Shown piece after piece: positions 36,256 through 45,296 of a stretch of DNA of 64,000 bases. Source of the stretch: an uncultured Candidatus Saccharibacteria bacterium. GTDB taxonomy: Bacteria > Patescibacteriota > Minisyncoccia > Phycocordibacterales > CSBR16-119. A program made the translations under genes and the position numbers. The stretch spans positions 100,853 to 164,852 of the forward strand of contig CAZPVH010000001.1 in NCBI GenBank assembly GCA_964589975.1, read 5' to 3'. Each line of letters starts with the position of its first letter. The stretch's first letter is position 1. The notes under the pieces were generated by a model. The model was not told the DNA's origin, did no database searches, and saw only the letters and a program-made list of their open reading frames with translations.

Positions 36256-36561
36256 TTGTCAAACTGTACGGCCCGGAATCAAGTCGGATATAATAGATAC
36301 GTGCAAAAGAAATGGTTCAAAAGAAAACTCTATGGCTATGGCTGGTACCCGGCTTCGTGGGAAGGGTGGCTGTCTCTCATGATATTCCTTTTATACATTG
36401 TTTGGTGTTTTCTTTGCATTGAAAATCGTTCAAATTCTACAGGCGAGCTTTTGATAAAATTCTTGCCTAGGCTTCTTTTGGCCATGGCTATCATGACATT
36501 TCTCGCCATCAAAAAAGGCGAGAAGCCGCGCTGGCAATGGGGAAAGCACATAGAAGATTAA
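36256..36561 (+). CDS. Small membrane protein, hypothetical
   Basis: 101 aa, two TM segments, hairpin terminator downstream. Confidence 0.35.
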   Translation: MSNCTARNQVGYNRYVQKKWFKRKLYGYGWYPASWEGWLSLMIFLLYIVWCFLCIENRSNSTGELLIKFLPRLLLAMAIMTFLAIKKGEKPRWQWGKHIED

Positions 36562-36595
36562 ATAAATCAAAAGGGCGTCCTTGCGGACGCCCTTC

Positions 36596-36928
36596 TTACT
36601 TGGGGTCATCTTTGGGTTTTTTACGCTTGATGAGGTGCGAGCCTGCGGCGTAGGCAAACAGGGGATCGAATTCCTTCTTCGGGATGACGAAGTTGTTCTT
36701 ATCTGAAATGACTTCGGTAATTCCCGGGTCAGGCTCAGTTTGTGCCGGACTTTGGACCGTGGACGAATCATCCAGAATCACGCCAGTAGCGCCAGGCTTT
36801 CCGGCCATCCAGTCTTCATACTGCTTCTTGTGCTCCGGAGACAGTACACCGATCTTGTCGCTTGTGATTAGGGCCATCAGACCGCGATTGATGCCCGGTG
36901 GCTTTTTCCGACGGTTTTTCTTTGCCAT
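36596..36928 (-). CDS. Hypothetical basic protein
   Basis: 110 aa with lysine-rich termini. Hairpin terminator at 36571-36595. Confidence 0.4.
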   Translation of the reverse strand: MAKKNRRKKPPGINRGLMALITSDKIGVLSPEHKKQYEDWMAGKPGATGVILDDSSTVQSPAQTEPDPGITEVISDKNNFVIPKKEFDPLFAYAAGSHLIKRKKPKDDPK

Positions 36929-36987
36929 GATTTGTTCGGTTTTTATTAAAATACATTAGTTTATAAGTTTGTCAAATAAATATGAGT

Positions 36988-37020
36988 AAAAGAAAAGCCC
37001 CCGCGATGTGCGAGGGCTTT
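36988..37020 (-). terminator. Rho-independent terminator for the minus-strand gene
   Basis: rc: aaagccctcgcacatcgcgggggcttttctttt. Confidence 0.55.
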
Positions 37021-37030
37021 CCAAAACCTT

Positions 37031-37630
37031 TTATGCTCCGGTCGGTGTTGTGTCGGTTAGCCTGCCGTTTTGGCCGACGGTATTTGCGTTGACTGTTCCT
37101 CTCCAGTTCGCTGTACGATCATGTGGATGTTCATCATCCTTTGGATGACGGGGCTCATCATCAACGAATACGCGACTTCCGACAATATTGTCGTGGAACT
37201 TGTTCTCGGTGATCTCAATCAGACCGCGGATGTGTTCTAGTTGCCTTTCCAACAAGTCTCTATCCTCTGAAGGAATTTTCTTTAGGAGTTCTTCTTTCAG
37301 TGAGTCCTTGTAGTCCTGAAGATACACTTGCTGACGGCGGTTCATTTCCCGAGACTTTCCTACGACTATACGTCTCCACCTCAGAGAAAACGCTGCAACG
37401 CCGATCGCCATCATAAGACTGAAAACGAAAGCGCCCATAGGTTCGCCATCGATGTTTTGAGAGATCAGCATGTACGATGCAAGTAGGACCGCTATGCTGA
37501 GGAACAGTGGCCATCCGGCAAAAGGCTTGCCCCAGGCAATATCATTTCTGGTGCCAACTGTTTTTGCTGATAGCCAGTTCTGATTGATGACATCCTTCAT
37601 GAATATTCGAGGTGGTTTGCGCTGCTGCAT
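37031..37630 (-). CDS. Hypothetical membrane protein
   Basis: The ORF is open to 37789. The start is chosen at MQQRKPPRIFMKDVINQ (37630 or 37600). Two TM segments followed by a charged C-terminal domain. Confidence 0.45.
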   Translation of the reverse strand: MQQRKPPRIFMKDVINQNWLSAKTVGTRNDIAWGKPFAGWPLFLSIAVLLASYMLISQNIDGEPMGAFVFSLMMAIGVAAFSLRWRRIVVGKSREMNRRQQVYLQDYKDSLKEELLKKIPSEDRDLLERQLEHIRGLIEITENKFHDNIVGSRVFVDDEPRHPKDDEHPHDRTANWRGTVNANTVGQNGRLTDTTPTGA

Positions 37631-37816
37631 TCGGTTTTTTGGTTTTGGTTTTTTTGTTCGGTTCGGAGGAATACTAGGACAAAAAAGGCTTTTAGTCAAA
37701 GCCATGGGTTGCAAAAGGGTAAAAGATATTGTATTCTTTCTGTCCTTCCCCGAATAGGGGATCCCGCCCGTACGAACGGCGCTGTGCACGTTCGGGCGGG
37801 TTTTTAATCAAAACTT

Positions 37817-39598
37817 ATGGAAATCAGGAATATCGCAATTATCGCCCACGTCGACCACGGAAAGACAACGCTCACCGACGCCATCATGCGCCAGACCGGC
37901 ATGGTCAAGGACGAATCTTCGTCTATGGATTCGAACGATCTTGAAAAAGAGCGCGGCATTACCATTTACGCGAAGAATGCCTCGGTTAACTACAAAGGCA
38001 CGAAGATCAATATCGTCGACACTCCGGGCCACGCCGATTTCGGCTCCGAGGTCGAACGCGTTCTTCGATCGATCGATTGCGTTCTCTTGGTTGTTGACGC
38101 TCAGGAGGGTCCCATGCCGCAGACCAGATTTGTTTTGAAGAAGTCCCTAGAAATCGGACACAAACCAATCGTCGTAATAAATAAAATTGATAAGCCGGCC
38201 GCGGACGCAAAGCGCGCTCATGATGAAGTCTTCGAACTTTTCTTTGAGCTTGGCGCGACAGAAGAGCAGCTTAATTTCACGACCGTGTACGCTATTGGTA
38301 AGCAAGGTGTCGCCATGCGTTCAATGGATGATGAGCGGAAAGACATAACTCCGCTCCTCGATGTCGTCCTTGAAACCGTACCAGTCGCAAAGAACGACAC
38401 GACTCTTCCACTAAAAGCCCAGCCTTTTAACCTGGCGTACGACAACTTCTTTGGACGTATGGCTGTGGGACGAATTTACGATGGGGAACTCAAAACCAAT
38501 GCTAATGTTTTCATAAAAAAGCACGACGGAACAATTAGCCAGGGTCGTGTGACGAAGCTTTTCACATTCGAAGGCACAGCTCGAAAAGAGGCCGATGTTG
38601 TCGAAGCCGGAGACATATTCCTTATGGCCGGACTTCCGGACATATACATTGGCGACACCATTTGCATGTCTAAAGACACTGAAGAACTTCCGACGATCAA
38701 AGTCGACGAGCCAACGATCGCGCTTAACTTCTTGGTTAACAGCTCGCCATTCGGCGGACGAGAAGGAAAATTCGTTACGTCCCGCCAGATTCGCGAGCGG
38801 CTACTCAAAGAGCTTGAGATTAACGTGGGACTTCGCGTCGACTTCGAAGGCGATACGATGAAAGTATTCGGCAGAGGCGAGCTTCACGTCGCCATCCTCC
38901 TAGAGAACATGCGCCGCGAAGGCTACGAAATGCAGGTGAGCCAGCCGCAGGTCATCATCAAAGAAGAAAATGGTCAAAAAATGGAACCATTTGAAGAAGT
39001 TACTATTGAAATTCCGGTCGAAGCTCAGGGTGCCGTCATCGACAAGCTCTCCCGCCGAGCTGTTCATGTTACGAACATCAAGCCTGATGGAAATCGTGTA
39101 CGCCTCATGCTTGAAGGTCCGACCCGCGGACTTCTCGGGTACCGAGGCCAGTTTATGGTGGATACGAAAGGCGAAGGAATTTTCGCTTCGCGCGTCATCG
39201 GTTTCAAACCGTACGTTGGCGAAATTGAGAAGCGTCAAGTTGGCTCCATGGTTTCCATGGCGACCGGCAAGGCTCTTGGTTACTCTCTTTGGAATCTCCA
39301 GGATCGAGGCGTTCTATATATCGGTCCTGCAACTGAAGTTTATGAGGGAATGGTCCTTGGTAACACTTCAAAGGGTGAAGAGATGATGGTGAATCCAACC
39401 AAAGGTAAAAATCTCACGAACGTCCGCTCATCCGGAAACGACGAAGCCATCACGCTCATACCGCCGCTCACACTTTCAATTGAACGCGGACTTGAGATCA
39501 TGTCTGATGATGAATTCCTGGAGATCACCCCGAAATCTGTGCGACTTCGAAAACAATTCCTTACAGAAGCCGAGCGATCACGGAATAAAAGACAATAA
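37817..39598 (+). CDS. typA: Translational GTPase TypA/BipA
   Basis: [18 protein letters not shown]1, DTPGHADF G3, NKID G4. TypA-type C-terminal domain. 593 aa. Confidence 0.9.
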   Translation: MEIRNIAIIAHVDHGKTTLTDAIMRQTGMVKDESSSMDSNDLEKERGITIYAKNASVNYKGTKINIVDTPGHADFGSEVERVLRSIDCVLLVVDAQEGPMPQTRFVLKKSLEIGHKPIVVINKIDKPAADAKRAHDEVFELFFELGATEEQLNFTTVYAIGKQGVAMRSMDDERKDITPLLDVVLETVPVAKNDTTLPLKAQPFNLAYDNFFGRMAVGRIYDGELKTNANVFIKKHDGTISQGRVTKLFTFEGTARKEADVVEAGDIFLMAGLPDIYIGDTICMSKDTEELPTIKVDEPTIALNFLVNSSPFGGREGKFVTSRQIRERLLKELEINVGLRVDFEGDTMKVFGRGELHVAILLENMRREGYEMQVSQPQVIIKEENGQKMEPFEEVTIEIPVEAQGAVIDKLSRRAVHVTNIKPDGNRVRLMLEGPTRGLLGYRGQFMVDTKGEGIFASRVIGFKPYVGEIEKRQVGSMVSMATGKALGYSLWNLQDRGVLYIGPATEVYEGMVLGNTSKGEEMMVNPTKGKNLTNVRSSGNDEAITLIPPLTLSIERGLEIMSDDEFLEITPKSVRLRKQFLTEAERSRNKRQ

Positions 39599-39599
39599 T

Positions 39600-39635
39600 G
39601 AAAAAGCCCCGCCTTCCGGCGGGGCTTTGCGTTGG
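39600..39635. terminator. Bidirectional rho-independent terminator
   Basis: aaaagccccgcc-ttcc-ggcggggcttt. Confidence 0.65.
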
Positions 39636-39857
39636 TGTGTCACTTATCCGTCAAAAGAGCGAGGAAGGCAGTGCCCATCATCCAGATCATCAGGATGATG
39701 ATCTCTGCGTCCGGCGCGCCGGATTGCGCATGCATTTGGAGTGCTTGTTGTATTGCTGTCAGTCCGTACATGTAGTTTTCTTTTGTTGCAATATATAATT
39801 ATTATATATTTTGTCAACCAATCTAGAGTCTCTGCGATACCATGCTAAGATTTAGAA

Positions 39858-40865
39858 ATGCCAAAGAAAAATACCTTCAAGGGAAAAAACGCAATCCTCG
39901 ACTACTTACGTCCGGGCGCGACGGGCCCGACGCCGCTTGTCGAGCTTCCCGCACGCCTCAATCCATTCCTTAAAGATAAAGTTCATATCTACATCAAGCT
40001 CGCTCAGAGCGTGCCGCTCGCTAATATCAAATCTCTGCCGTCGTGGTATATGCTCGAAGGAATCCCGAAAAAAGAATTAAAGAAGATAAAGCATCTCGTC
40101 GAGTACTCTTCGGGAAACACCGTGCTCTCACTCGCCATACTCTCGCGTCATTTCGGTATCCCAAACATGCACGCCATTATCACGCCGGACGTCCCGAAAA
40201 ATAAAAAGAATTTTCTCCGCCTTGTCGGCGCGGAAACTATTATTTCTCATGGACCAGCATCGCCAGACGTCGGCGCAAATGTTGGCGGTATATACGAAGC
40301 AGGCGCACTTGGAAAGAAAGCCGGGTGGTATAACTTGAACCAATATGTGAATACAGATAATCCAAAGGCGTCCGGCTCAATCATTGGCCGAGAGCTTTTC
40401 GATCAGCTTGGAAAAGACCTATCGATCGTTATGACAAGTCTCGGAACCGGTGGAACGGTTGTCGGCACATCAAAGTATCTGAAGAAAAAGAATCCGAAGG
40501 TAAAAGTTTTGACGTCGTACATAAAGAGAGGCTTTTCGATCCCGGGTCCACGTGGGGAAGACGCTGTCCGAAAACTTGCCTTTCCTTGGCCCGAGGCCGT
40601 AGACGGGGAGATGAAAATAGAAACCGTGCCAGCCTTCCGGGAGAGTCTCAAGCTTATTCGAGAAGGCTTCTTTGTTGGGCCATCCACCGGTATGCAGCTC
40701 GCGGCGCTGCTAGAGTTTCTGAAAGAAGAGAGGGGGGCTAAACGTCTAAAAGAGTATCGAGACAAGAGCGGGGAGATAAATATCGCTTTTGTTGCCTGTG
40801 ATACAATGTTTGCATATATCGAAGATTATTTTGAAGTATTAGGAGATAATTTGAACAAGAAATGA
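39858..40865 (+). CDS. PLP-dependent enzyme of the cysteine synthase / Trp-synthase beta (fold type II) family
   Basis: TPLVEL, EYSSGNTVLSLA, the glycine loop SLGTGGTVVG. The canonical SVKDR lysine block is divergent (SVPLANIKSL). Confidence 0.55.
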   Translation: MPKKNTFKGKNAILDYLRPGATGPTPLVELPARLNPFLKDKVHIYIKLAQSVPLANIKSLPSWYMLEGIPKKELKKIKHLVEYSSGNTVLSLAILSRHFGIPNMHAIITPDVPKNKKNFLRLVGAETIISHGPASPDVGANVGGIYEAGALGKKAGWYNLNQYVNTDNPKASGSIIGRELFDQLGKDLSIVMTSLGTGGTVVGTSKYLKKKNPKVKVLTSYIKRGFSIPGPRGEDAVRKLAFPWPEAVDGEMKIETVPAFRESLKLIREGFFVGPSTGMQLAALLEFLKEERGAKRLKEYRDKSGEINIAFVACDTMFAYIEDYFEVLGDNLNKK

Positions 40866-41368
40866 AAAAATTCATAATAATATTACTTGTAGTTTTGGCG
40901 GCCTTGGTGATATTCGCTATCGTAAAAACCAACAAGATTAAATACGACGGAGCAGATACTCCGGCGGCCGAAGAAACAGGAGGAGTGTCAGGACAATTCA
41001 TGAAGCTAGGAGAAAACGCGATTGTGGTCCTTGAGCAACGTCTCACGGACAGTGTTTCTATAAATGCGATAAATATGGAAAAAGCCGGCTTTGTTATTAT
41101 TCACCGCGATGAAGGCGGGAAGCCGGGCCCAATCATTGGTGTATCAAAATGGTTCCCGGCTGGTCAGTACGCTGACGAGGATATTGGCACGACAGAAACC
41201 TTGCTTGAGGGAGTAGATTATTATGCGATGCTTCATGTCGACGATGGTAACGGCGTTTTCGATCCAAAGAATGATAAACCGGCCACAAACTTCGCCGGAG
41301 AAATTTGGGGAGTCTTTCAAGCCAGCAAAGATGCTCCAGATCCTAAAGGGGTAGAAATTAATTACTAA
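40862..41368 (+). CDS. Hypothetical membrane-anchored protein
   Basis: N-terminal TM IIILLVVLAALVIFAIV. 168 aa. Confidence 0.45.
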   Translation: MKKFIIILLVVLAALVIFAIVKTNKIKYDGADTPAAEETGGVSGQFMKLGENAIVVLEQRLTDSVSINAINMEKAGFVIIHRDEGGKPGPIIGVSKWFPAGQYADEDIGTTETLLEGVDYYAMLHVDDGNGVFDPKNDKPATNFAGEIWGVFQASKDAPDPKGVEINY

Positions 41369-41375
41369 ATTTAAT

Positions 41376-42113
41376 ATGCAAATTAAACAAATTTTCGAAA
41401 AACAGAACGCAACAGCCGCCGGAGTTTTGGGCGCGTCGCTTATCGTTATGGCCATAGTCGCTGGAATTTTTCTCTCCAATCTTCGTTCGAGCGGAAACGT
41501 TCTTACATCAACTGGTTCCGCCAAAACCAGCGTGATTTCTGACTCAGCCAAATTTTCCGGCTCGGTGATCGCTTATGGTGCGCAGTTTGAATTGCCGACT
41601 CGCTACAAAGAGATGGAGGCCAGCACAGCCAAGGTCAAAGCTTATCTCTTGGAAAACGGCGTGACCGAAGAAGAGCTTGTGATTTCTCCGATTACTCAGT
41701 TTGAACAGTATGATTATAACAATACCGGTGGACCTAAACAGTTCCAGCTTTCACAAATGATAAGCGTAAACTCGGCTGACGTTGAGAAGGTGACAAAGAT
41801 TTCTAACGGCGTTTCGGCAATCGCCAAGTCTGGTGTCTTATTTCAGACAAATGGCGCGCAGTATTTCTATTCAGATCTAGCGAGCCTTCGCGTTTCGCTC
41901 CTTGGCGAAGCTGTAAAAGACGCCAAAGCTCGAGCGAAGGAGATTGCCAAAGCATCCGGCGGAAATGTAGGAAAGCTTAAATCCGCGACTTCCGGCGTGG
42001 TGCAAGTCTTGGCGCCTAACTCTATTGATACATCTGACTACGGTACATATGACACGACCACTGTTGAGAAAGAAGTCATGGTGACAGTCAGGGCGACATT
42101 CATTATCAGATAA
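41376..42113 (+). CDS. SIMPL (DUF541)-like periplasmic protein
   Basis: N-terminal TM. C-terminal AVKDAKARAKEIAKASGGNVGKLKSATSG resembles the SIMPL family signature. Confidence 0.45.
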   Translation: MQIKQIFEKQNATAAGVLGASLIVMAIVAGIFLSNLRSSGNVLTSTGSAKTSVISDSAKFSGSVIAYGAQFELPTRYKEMEASTAKVKAYLLENGVTEEELVISPITQFEQYDYNNTGGPKQFQLSQMISVNSADVEKVTKISNGVSAIAKSGVLFQTNGAQYFYSDLASLRVSLLGEAVKDAKARAKEIAKASGGNVGKLKSATSGVVQVLAPNSIDTSDYGTYDTTTVEKEVMVTVRATFIIR

Positions 42114-42115
42114 AT

Positions 42116-42595
42116 ATGCAATTCGATATTATGAAAAACGTAATTATTGTTATTGTTGGCGCGCTAATTGTCTTCTTTATCATTTCAAAAGTTGGTCCCG
42201 AAGCTCCGGCGCCTGTTGTAGAAGAGCCGGGTATTGTTGTGCCGGCAGAGATTGAACTTATGAGTCTGAAAGGAGTAAAAATTTATATAACCGCGCCAAA
42301 AGAGGGCGACGGCGTCACTAGCCCATTGGTGGTGAAAGGCCGTGCGCCGGGAAATTGGTTCTTTGAAGCCAACGCGGGACTTACTCTGACTGACTGGGAC
42401 GGACTTATTATTGCCGAGGGCAATATCATGGCTGACGGCGAGTGGATGACTACAGAATATGTTCCTTTTACCGGAACACTCGCGTTCACTAAGCCAGCCT
42501 ACGGCGAAAGGGGAACGCTCATTCTGAAGAAAGACAATCCTTCGGGCGAGCCGCAATTTGATGATTCCGCTGAACTGACAATCAAATTCCAATAA
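42116..42595 (+). CDS. Gmad2-like immunoglobulin-fold domain protein, membrane-anchored
   Basis: N-terminal TM, then ITAPKEGDGVTSPLVVKGRAPGNWFFEANAGLTLTDWDG typical of the Gmad2 Ig-like domain. Confidence 0.4.
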   Translation: MQFDIMKNVIIVIVGALIVFFIISKVGPEAPAPVVEEPGIVVPAEIELMSLKGVKIYITAPKEGDGVTSPLVVKGRAPGNWFFEANAGLTLTDWDGLIIAEGNIMADGEWMTTEYVPFTGTLAFTKPAYGERGTLILKKDNPSGEPQFDDSAELTIKFQ

Positions 42596-42596
42596 A

Positions 42597-43112
42597 ATGA
42601 AAGATTTCAGCAAGAAGTATCTAGCTGAGTTCGTTTACGGCGCCACTGATGGCGCCGTTACGACGTTCGCCATCATATCTGGTGTTATGGGCGCCTCACT
42701 TTCCCCGGTTATTGTTTTGATTCTCGGCGTGTCGAATGTTTTAGCCGACGGCTTCTCAATGGCGAGCTCAAATTATCTTTCAGCGAAATCAGAAAAGGCT
42801 GTTGGAAATAGCCACGGCAAAGCCCCGCTCAAAACCGCCGCCATAACCTTCGGTTCATTTGTGCTAGTCGGTCTTGTGCCGCTTCTTCCGTTCATTGGCA
42901 AAGCGCTTTTTAAAAGTATGGATTTTAATGAATTTATGGTTTCCGGGATATTTACAGCCGCAGCTTTCGTCATCATTGGCATTGTCCGCGGAACGGTTAC
43001 GGGCCAGAGTCGGACAAAATCATCTATCGAAACAGTGCTTGTCGGTGGCCTGGCTGCAAGCATAGCTTATTTTGCCGGGTATGCTTTGAAACACTACGCA
43101 GGCTTATCATAG
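42597..43112 (+). CDS. VIT1/CCC1-family (DUF125) membrane protein, short form
   Basis: YGATDGAVTTFAIISGVMGA and LADGFSMASSNYLSAKSEKA blocks. 171 aa. Confidence 0.55.
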   Translation: MKDFSKKYLAEFVYGATDGAVTTFAIISGVMGASLSPVIVLILGVSNVLADGFSMASSNYLSAKSEKAVGNSHGKAPLKTAAITFGSFVLVGLVPLLPFIGKALFKSMDFNEFMVSGIFTAAAFVIIGIVRGTVTGQSRTKSSIETVLVGGLAASIAYFAGYALKHYAGLS

Positions 43113-43165
43113 TCCCCAATTTCTTGTATAATCTTTGATGGATTTAAAAGTTTAATCTTTTTACT

Positions 43166-43717
43166 ATGACAATATTTGGAAAAGTACTCCTTGGACTTAT
43201 ACTCGCGACTGCGGCAGTTCTCATAATCAAAGGCGCTGGCAAGGGAAATGACGAGATAGTTTTGGCTCCAGAGGGTGAGGAAGTTGTAGCTGACACGCCG
43301 GCTCCTGCTGAGCAGGAAGTTGGAACGTTCCAAGGCTCGGCCAAGGATCTGATGGCACGAGGCGGCGATCACAAGTGCACGTTTACTCAGGAGGTGGAAA
43401 ATAGCAAATCAACAGGAACGATTTATATCTCAGGAACCAAGATGCGCGGCGACTTTAATTCAAACGTGTTGGCCGGCGGAACGACAATGGATTTAGAAAG
43501 CCATATGATTTCTGATGGTGCAACCATGTGGACTTGGTCAAACATGATGCCAACGGGCTTCAAGATGGCCGTCGATCAGAGCGCGCAGGCTGGCGGACAG
43601 CAGCAGGGGTTTGACGCAAATGTCGATCTTGAATACACATGCATAAATTGGGCTCCTGATCAGTCGCAGTTTGTAGTACCATCGGCAATCACCTTTACCG
43701 AGTTTAAAGCTCAATAA
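43166..43717 (+). CDS. Hypothetical secreted or membrane-anchored protein
   Basis: N-terminal TM. 183 aa. Terminator downstream. Confidence 0.45.
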   Translation: MTIFGKVLLGLILATAAVLIIKGAGKGNDEIVLAPEGEEVVADTPAPAEQEVGTFQGSAKDLMARGGDHKCTFTQEVENSKSTGTIYISGTKMRGDFNSNVLAGGTTMDLESHMISDGATMWTWSNMMPTGFKMAVDQSAQAGGQQQGFDANVDLEYTCINWAPDQSQFVVPSAITFTEFKAQ

Positions 43718-43726
43718 GTGAGATAG

Positions 43727-43751
43727 AAAAAGCGCCTAAGAGGCGCTTTTT
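43727..43751 (+). terminator. Rho-independent terminator
   Basis: aaaagcgcct-aag-aggcgcttttt. Confidence 0.7.
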
Positions 43752-43774
43752 CTATGAATTTTTTGTGCTAAGAT

Positions 43775-45175
43775 ATGGAAACTATGGCTAAATTTAAAGA
43801 ATATCTAAAGACAAATAAGAAGAAATTGCTTATTGGCGGAGGCGTGCTACTCCTCTTGGTAATTATCGTTGCCGGCGGCGGCAAAGGCGATGAAGGAATT
43901 TCAAGATTCACTGTTGAGCGCGGAGACGTGCTAGACACCTTGATCCTCTCGGGCGAGGCGAAGCCTGTCGAGGGCGCAGAGATGGCTTTCTCCACCTCCG
44001 GCATGGTGGAACAGGTCTTCAAACAAGCGGGCGACAAGGTTTTTGTGGGCGAGAAAATTGTCGAGCTTGATAACGCGTCTCTTCGGGCTGATCTTTCCGA
44101 CGCGGTTGCAAACTTAGAGCTCGCGAAAGCCGAGGCCAAGGTTTCTGACGCCGAGCTTGACCAGGATGTGAAAAACGCTTATGCCAAACTCCTCTCGGAC
44201 GATCTGCAGGCATATTCCCGGGATTCAAGCGTAACGCATGAACCGCCGGTTATTTCCGGAAGCTATCAGGGGATGGAGGAGGGAGAGTATCGCGTGACCA
44301 TTGAGTCTTCGAATGATGCCTCTGGCAAATCATTCCGATATTTCGGCATCGAGAATGGCAAATCTCCAGTAGTCTTCTACAAAGCTATTCCGCTTGGAAC
44401 AAAGGGTCTCTTCATAAAATTCACCGAGGGTCAGACTTCTTCGGGCGACACATGGCGAATTTCCATCCCAAATGTTGAGGGAGATTCTTATATTGAAAAC
44501 TACAATGCTTATCAAAGCGCGCTTGCGAGCCGCGACGCCGCAGAAAAAGACAATGTCTCAAAGCAGATTTCAGACGCCCGCATCAAACAAGCGGCCGCCG
44601 GCGTAGCGCGTATCCAAGCTGAGATAAATGAGCGAACACTCAGAGCGCCATTCTCTGGAGTCGTTTCCAAAGTAGATGTAAAGAAGGGCGAGATTGCCGA
44701 GGCAAACGTCATTGTTACCGGAGTTATCACTGACGGTGCTTATGAGGTTGTTGTAGAGGTTCCAGAATCAGATGTTGTCGGCCTTATGCCGGGCATACCG
44801 GCGCCTATTACTCTAGATGCTTACGGTTCGGAAGTGGTTTTCCCAGGAACACTTGTATCAATCGACCCCGCAGAAACTGAAGTCGACGGCGTATCCGTCT
44901 ATCGCGGCAAGGTTTCTTTTGTCGAAGCCGATGAGCGGATTCGCTCAGGCATGACGGCAACGGTCAATATTGCGAAAGCGGAAGCGAAGGATGTGATCCG
45001 TATCCCAGAGCGATACATTGAGCTCGATGACGAAGGAATCTTTGTGAATCTTTTAAAGGATGAAGAAGAAGTTAAAGTAAGCGTTGTTACCGGTCTATAT
45101 GGGAGCGACGGCTATGTTGAGATAAAGGAAGGACTCGCAGAGGGAGACATCATAATTGGGCATTTTGCCGAGTAA
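43775..45175 (+). CDS. HlyD/MacA-type periplasmic adaptor (membrane fusion protein)
   Basis: N-terminal TM, coiled-coil ASLRADLSDAVANLELAKAEAKV, beta-barrel/lipoyl-like segments. Adjacent to an ABC permease and an ATPase. Confidence 0.7.
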   Translation: METMAKFKEYLKTNKKKLLIGGGVLLLLVIIVAGGGKGDEGISRFTVERGDVLDTLILSGEAKPVEGAEMAFSTSGMVEQVFKQAGDKVFVGEKIVELDNASLRADLSDAVANLELAKAEAKVSDAELDQDVKNAYAKLLSDDLQAYSRDSSVTHEPPVISGSYQGMEEGEYRVTIESSNDASGKSFRYFGIENGKSPVVFYKAIPLGTKGLFIKFTEGQTSSGDTWRISIPNVEGDSYIENYNAYQSALASRDAAEKDNVSKQISDARIKQAAAGVARIQAEINERTLRAPFSGVVSKVDVKKGEIAEANVIVTGVITDGAYEVVVEVPESDVVGLMPGIPAPITLDAYGSEVVFPGTLVSIDPAETEVDGVSVYRGKVSFVEADERIRSGMTATVNIAKAEAKDVIRIPERYIELDDEGIFVNLLKDEEEVKVSVVTGLYGSDGYVEIKEGLAEGDIIIGHFAE

Positions 45176-45181
45176 TATGAG

Positions 45182-45296
45182 TCTCGTTAGAAGTCGCGGT
45201 CGCAGATAAAAAATAAAATATGATAATCAAGGAATACAAAATTAAAAGTATAAATCAAGTATGTTGCGGAACGACCGCGACCTACTTCTAACGGGA
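45182..45296. mobile_element. MITE-like intergenic repeat, copy A (115 bp, imperfect ~22-bp terminal inverted repeats, TGAG direct repeats on both flanks)
   Basis: Left arm tctcgttagaagtcgcggtcgc. Right arm gaccgcgacctacttctaacggga, which is the rc of tcccgttagaagtaggtcgcggtc. AT-rich ~68-bp core. TGAG at 45178-45181 and 45297-45300. About 80% identical to copy B. Confidence 0.6.
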
